Shown: positions 63,056-64,000 of the stretch, piece after piece
Layout: the number at the start of each line of letters is the position of its first letter
Numbering within the stretch: position 1 is the stretch's first letter
Assembly: GCA_026025075.1 (NCBI GenBank)
Contig: JAPEUI010000008.1
Location: 1 to 64,000 of the forward strand
DNA from: Vezdaea acicularis
Lineage: Eukaryota
Direction of reading: 5' to 3'
DNA length: 64,000 nucleotides
Notes under the pieces: generated by a model
Told to the model about the DNA's origin: nothing
What the model saw: the letters and a program-made list of their open reading frames with translations, nothing else
The model's database searches: none
Translations under genes and position numbers: made by a program

Positions 63056-63497
63056 TCCTGTGAAGATTTGGTGTATTTAGATGGTGAAGAATGATGGTTG
63101 CGAGGTCCAAGGCCTAGTTATGCGATTGCGTAGTGTTGCGTCGGCTCAAGCCCAACATCCAGGCGCTAATCCTGAAACGGTAATCTCGACTGAAGGTGCT
63201 GAGCATTCGAGCGGGATACCAACTCTCCGTTTGTTACCTCAGTGTGATAGCGATTGCTACGTCAATTGAATCTTTTAACTTCGAATTTCTTTTCTTTGCA
63301 AGCCTGTATAATCTAGCATCAATTTCCCACAATCGGACAAGTGCCTTTCCCCCAGACAGTCCTTATCATCCCATATGAGATCAAGCCCCAATAATCATAC
63401 GAACTCGAACCTCTCAAGGTGGCCTTTCAAGACAACTTCATTGTCACACCGATGAGCCTCTTCGAACCGCGCTCTCATCTACGGTAATCCATTTTAC

Positions 63498-64000
63498 ATG
63501 GCGCAGGCCAAGTCGGCCGAACGGTCACTCCAGATCGCGCGAGTGGTGTCAGTGGCAGCAGCTACAGTGATATCATTAGCCTGTGGCACCAATGTATGCG
63601 ATTTCTCACCCGTTTCTCATTATAGATTAGAGTTGACAAGATCACAATAGTATGTGTATTCGGCATGGGCACCACAGTTTGCAGAGCGGATGAGGTTATC
63701 GAAAACGGAGAGCAATCTTATTGTAAGCACGACACCTCACGCTGTCTATGACATCAACCAACAACTCTTCAGGGTACGGCCGCCAATTTTGGGATGTACT
63801 CATCTGGCATACCTGTTGGAATTCTAGTCGATGCGAAGGGGCCTCGGATACCAGTGATGATAGGGGCAATCGCGCTGGGCGTAGGATACTTTCCAATATA
63901 CAGAGGTGAAGAGTTCGTAGACCATTCGATATCATGCGGTGGCTAACACTTCGCCTAGCATATGAGAGCGGGCCAGGATCTTTAAATGTTGGGGCGCTCT
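63498..64000 (+). CDS. MCH1-like MFS transporter, 5' part (runs off the window; not in the ORF track because exons are short)
   Basis: ARVVSVAAATVISLACGTN / YVYSAWAPQFAERMRLSKTESNLI / GTAANFGMYSSGIPVGILVDAKGPR, joined by GT-AG introns. Confidence 0.82.

Overview
Filamentous-ascomycete (Pezizomycotina-like) genomic DNA with spliceosomal introns, in two parts. Bases 1 to ~37 kb form an accessory, immunity-type island. It holds three intact NLR-like genes (SesB-like hydrolase-NB-ARC-TPR, SesA-like-NACHT-WD40, patatin-NB-ARC-TPR), a broken duplicate of the patatin NLR, a P-loop GTPase, a decayed Tc1/mariner, a foldback-like repeat and a dispersed inverted-repeat/minisatellite motif. Bases ~38-64 kb are mostly housekeeping genes (Cnn_1N protein, RCR, fibroin-3-related, FWD-1-like F-box/WD40, PMS1, TMS1, MCH1-like MFS), plus a secreted Cys-rich gene and an ankyrin gene. 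The most striking feature is two highly diverged copies of a head-to-head two-gene module that I cannot assign to a known family (19378-22115 and 24077-27709). Gene A in each ends in R-CxxC-RVI-(~20 aa)-CAE, which resembles a zinc deaminase active site in reversed order, and the two A genes share an intron position. Gene B belongs to a second unknown family. One copy replaces the middle of the duplicated NLR almost stop-codon to stop-codon; the other is bracketed by 83-bp inverted repeats. This looks like a mobile toxin/partner (allorecognition or drive-type) cassette. Gene models were read by eye and no database search was run.
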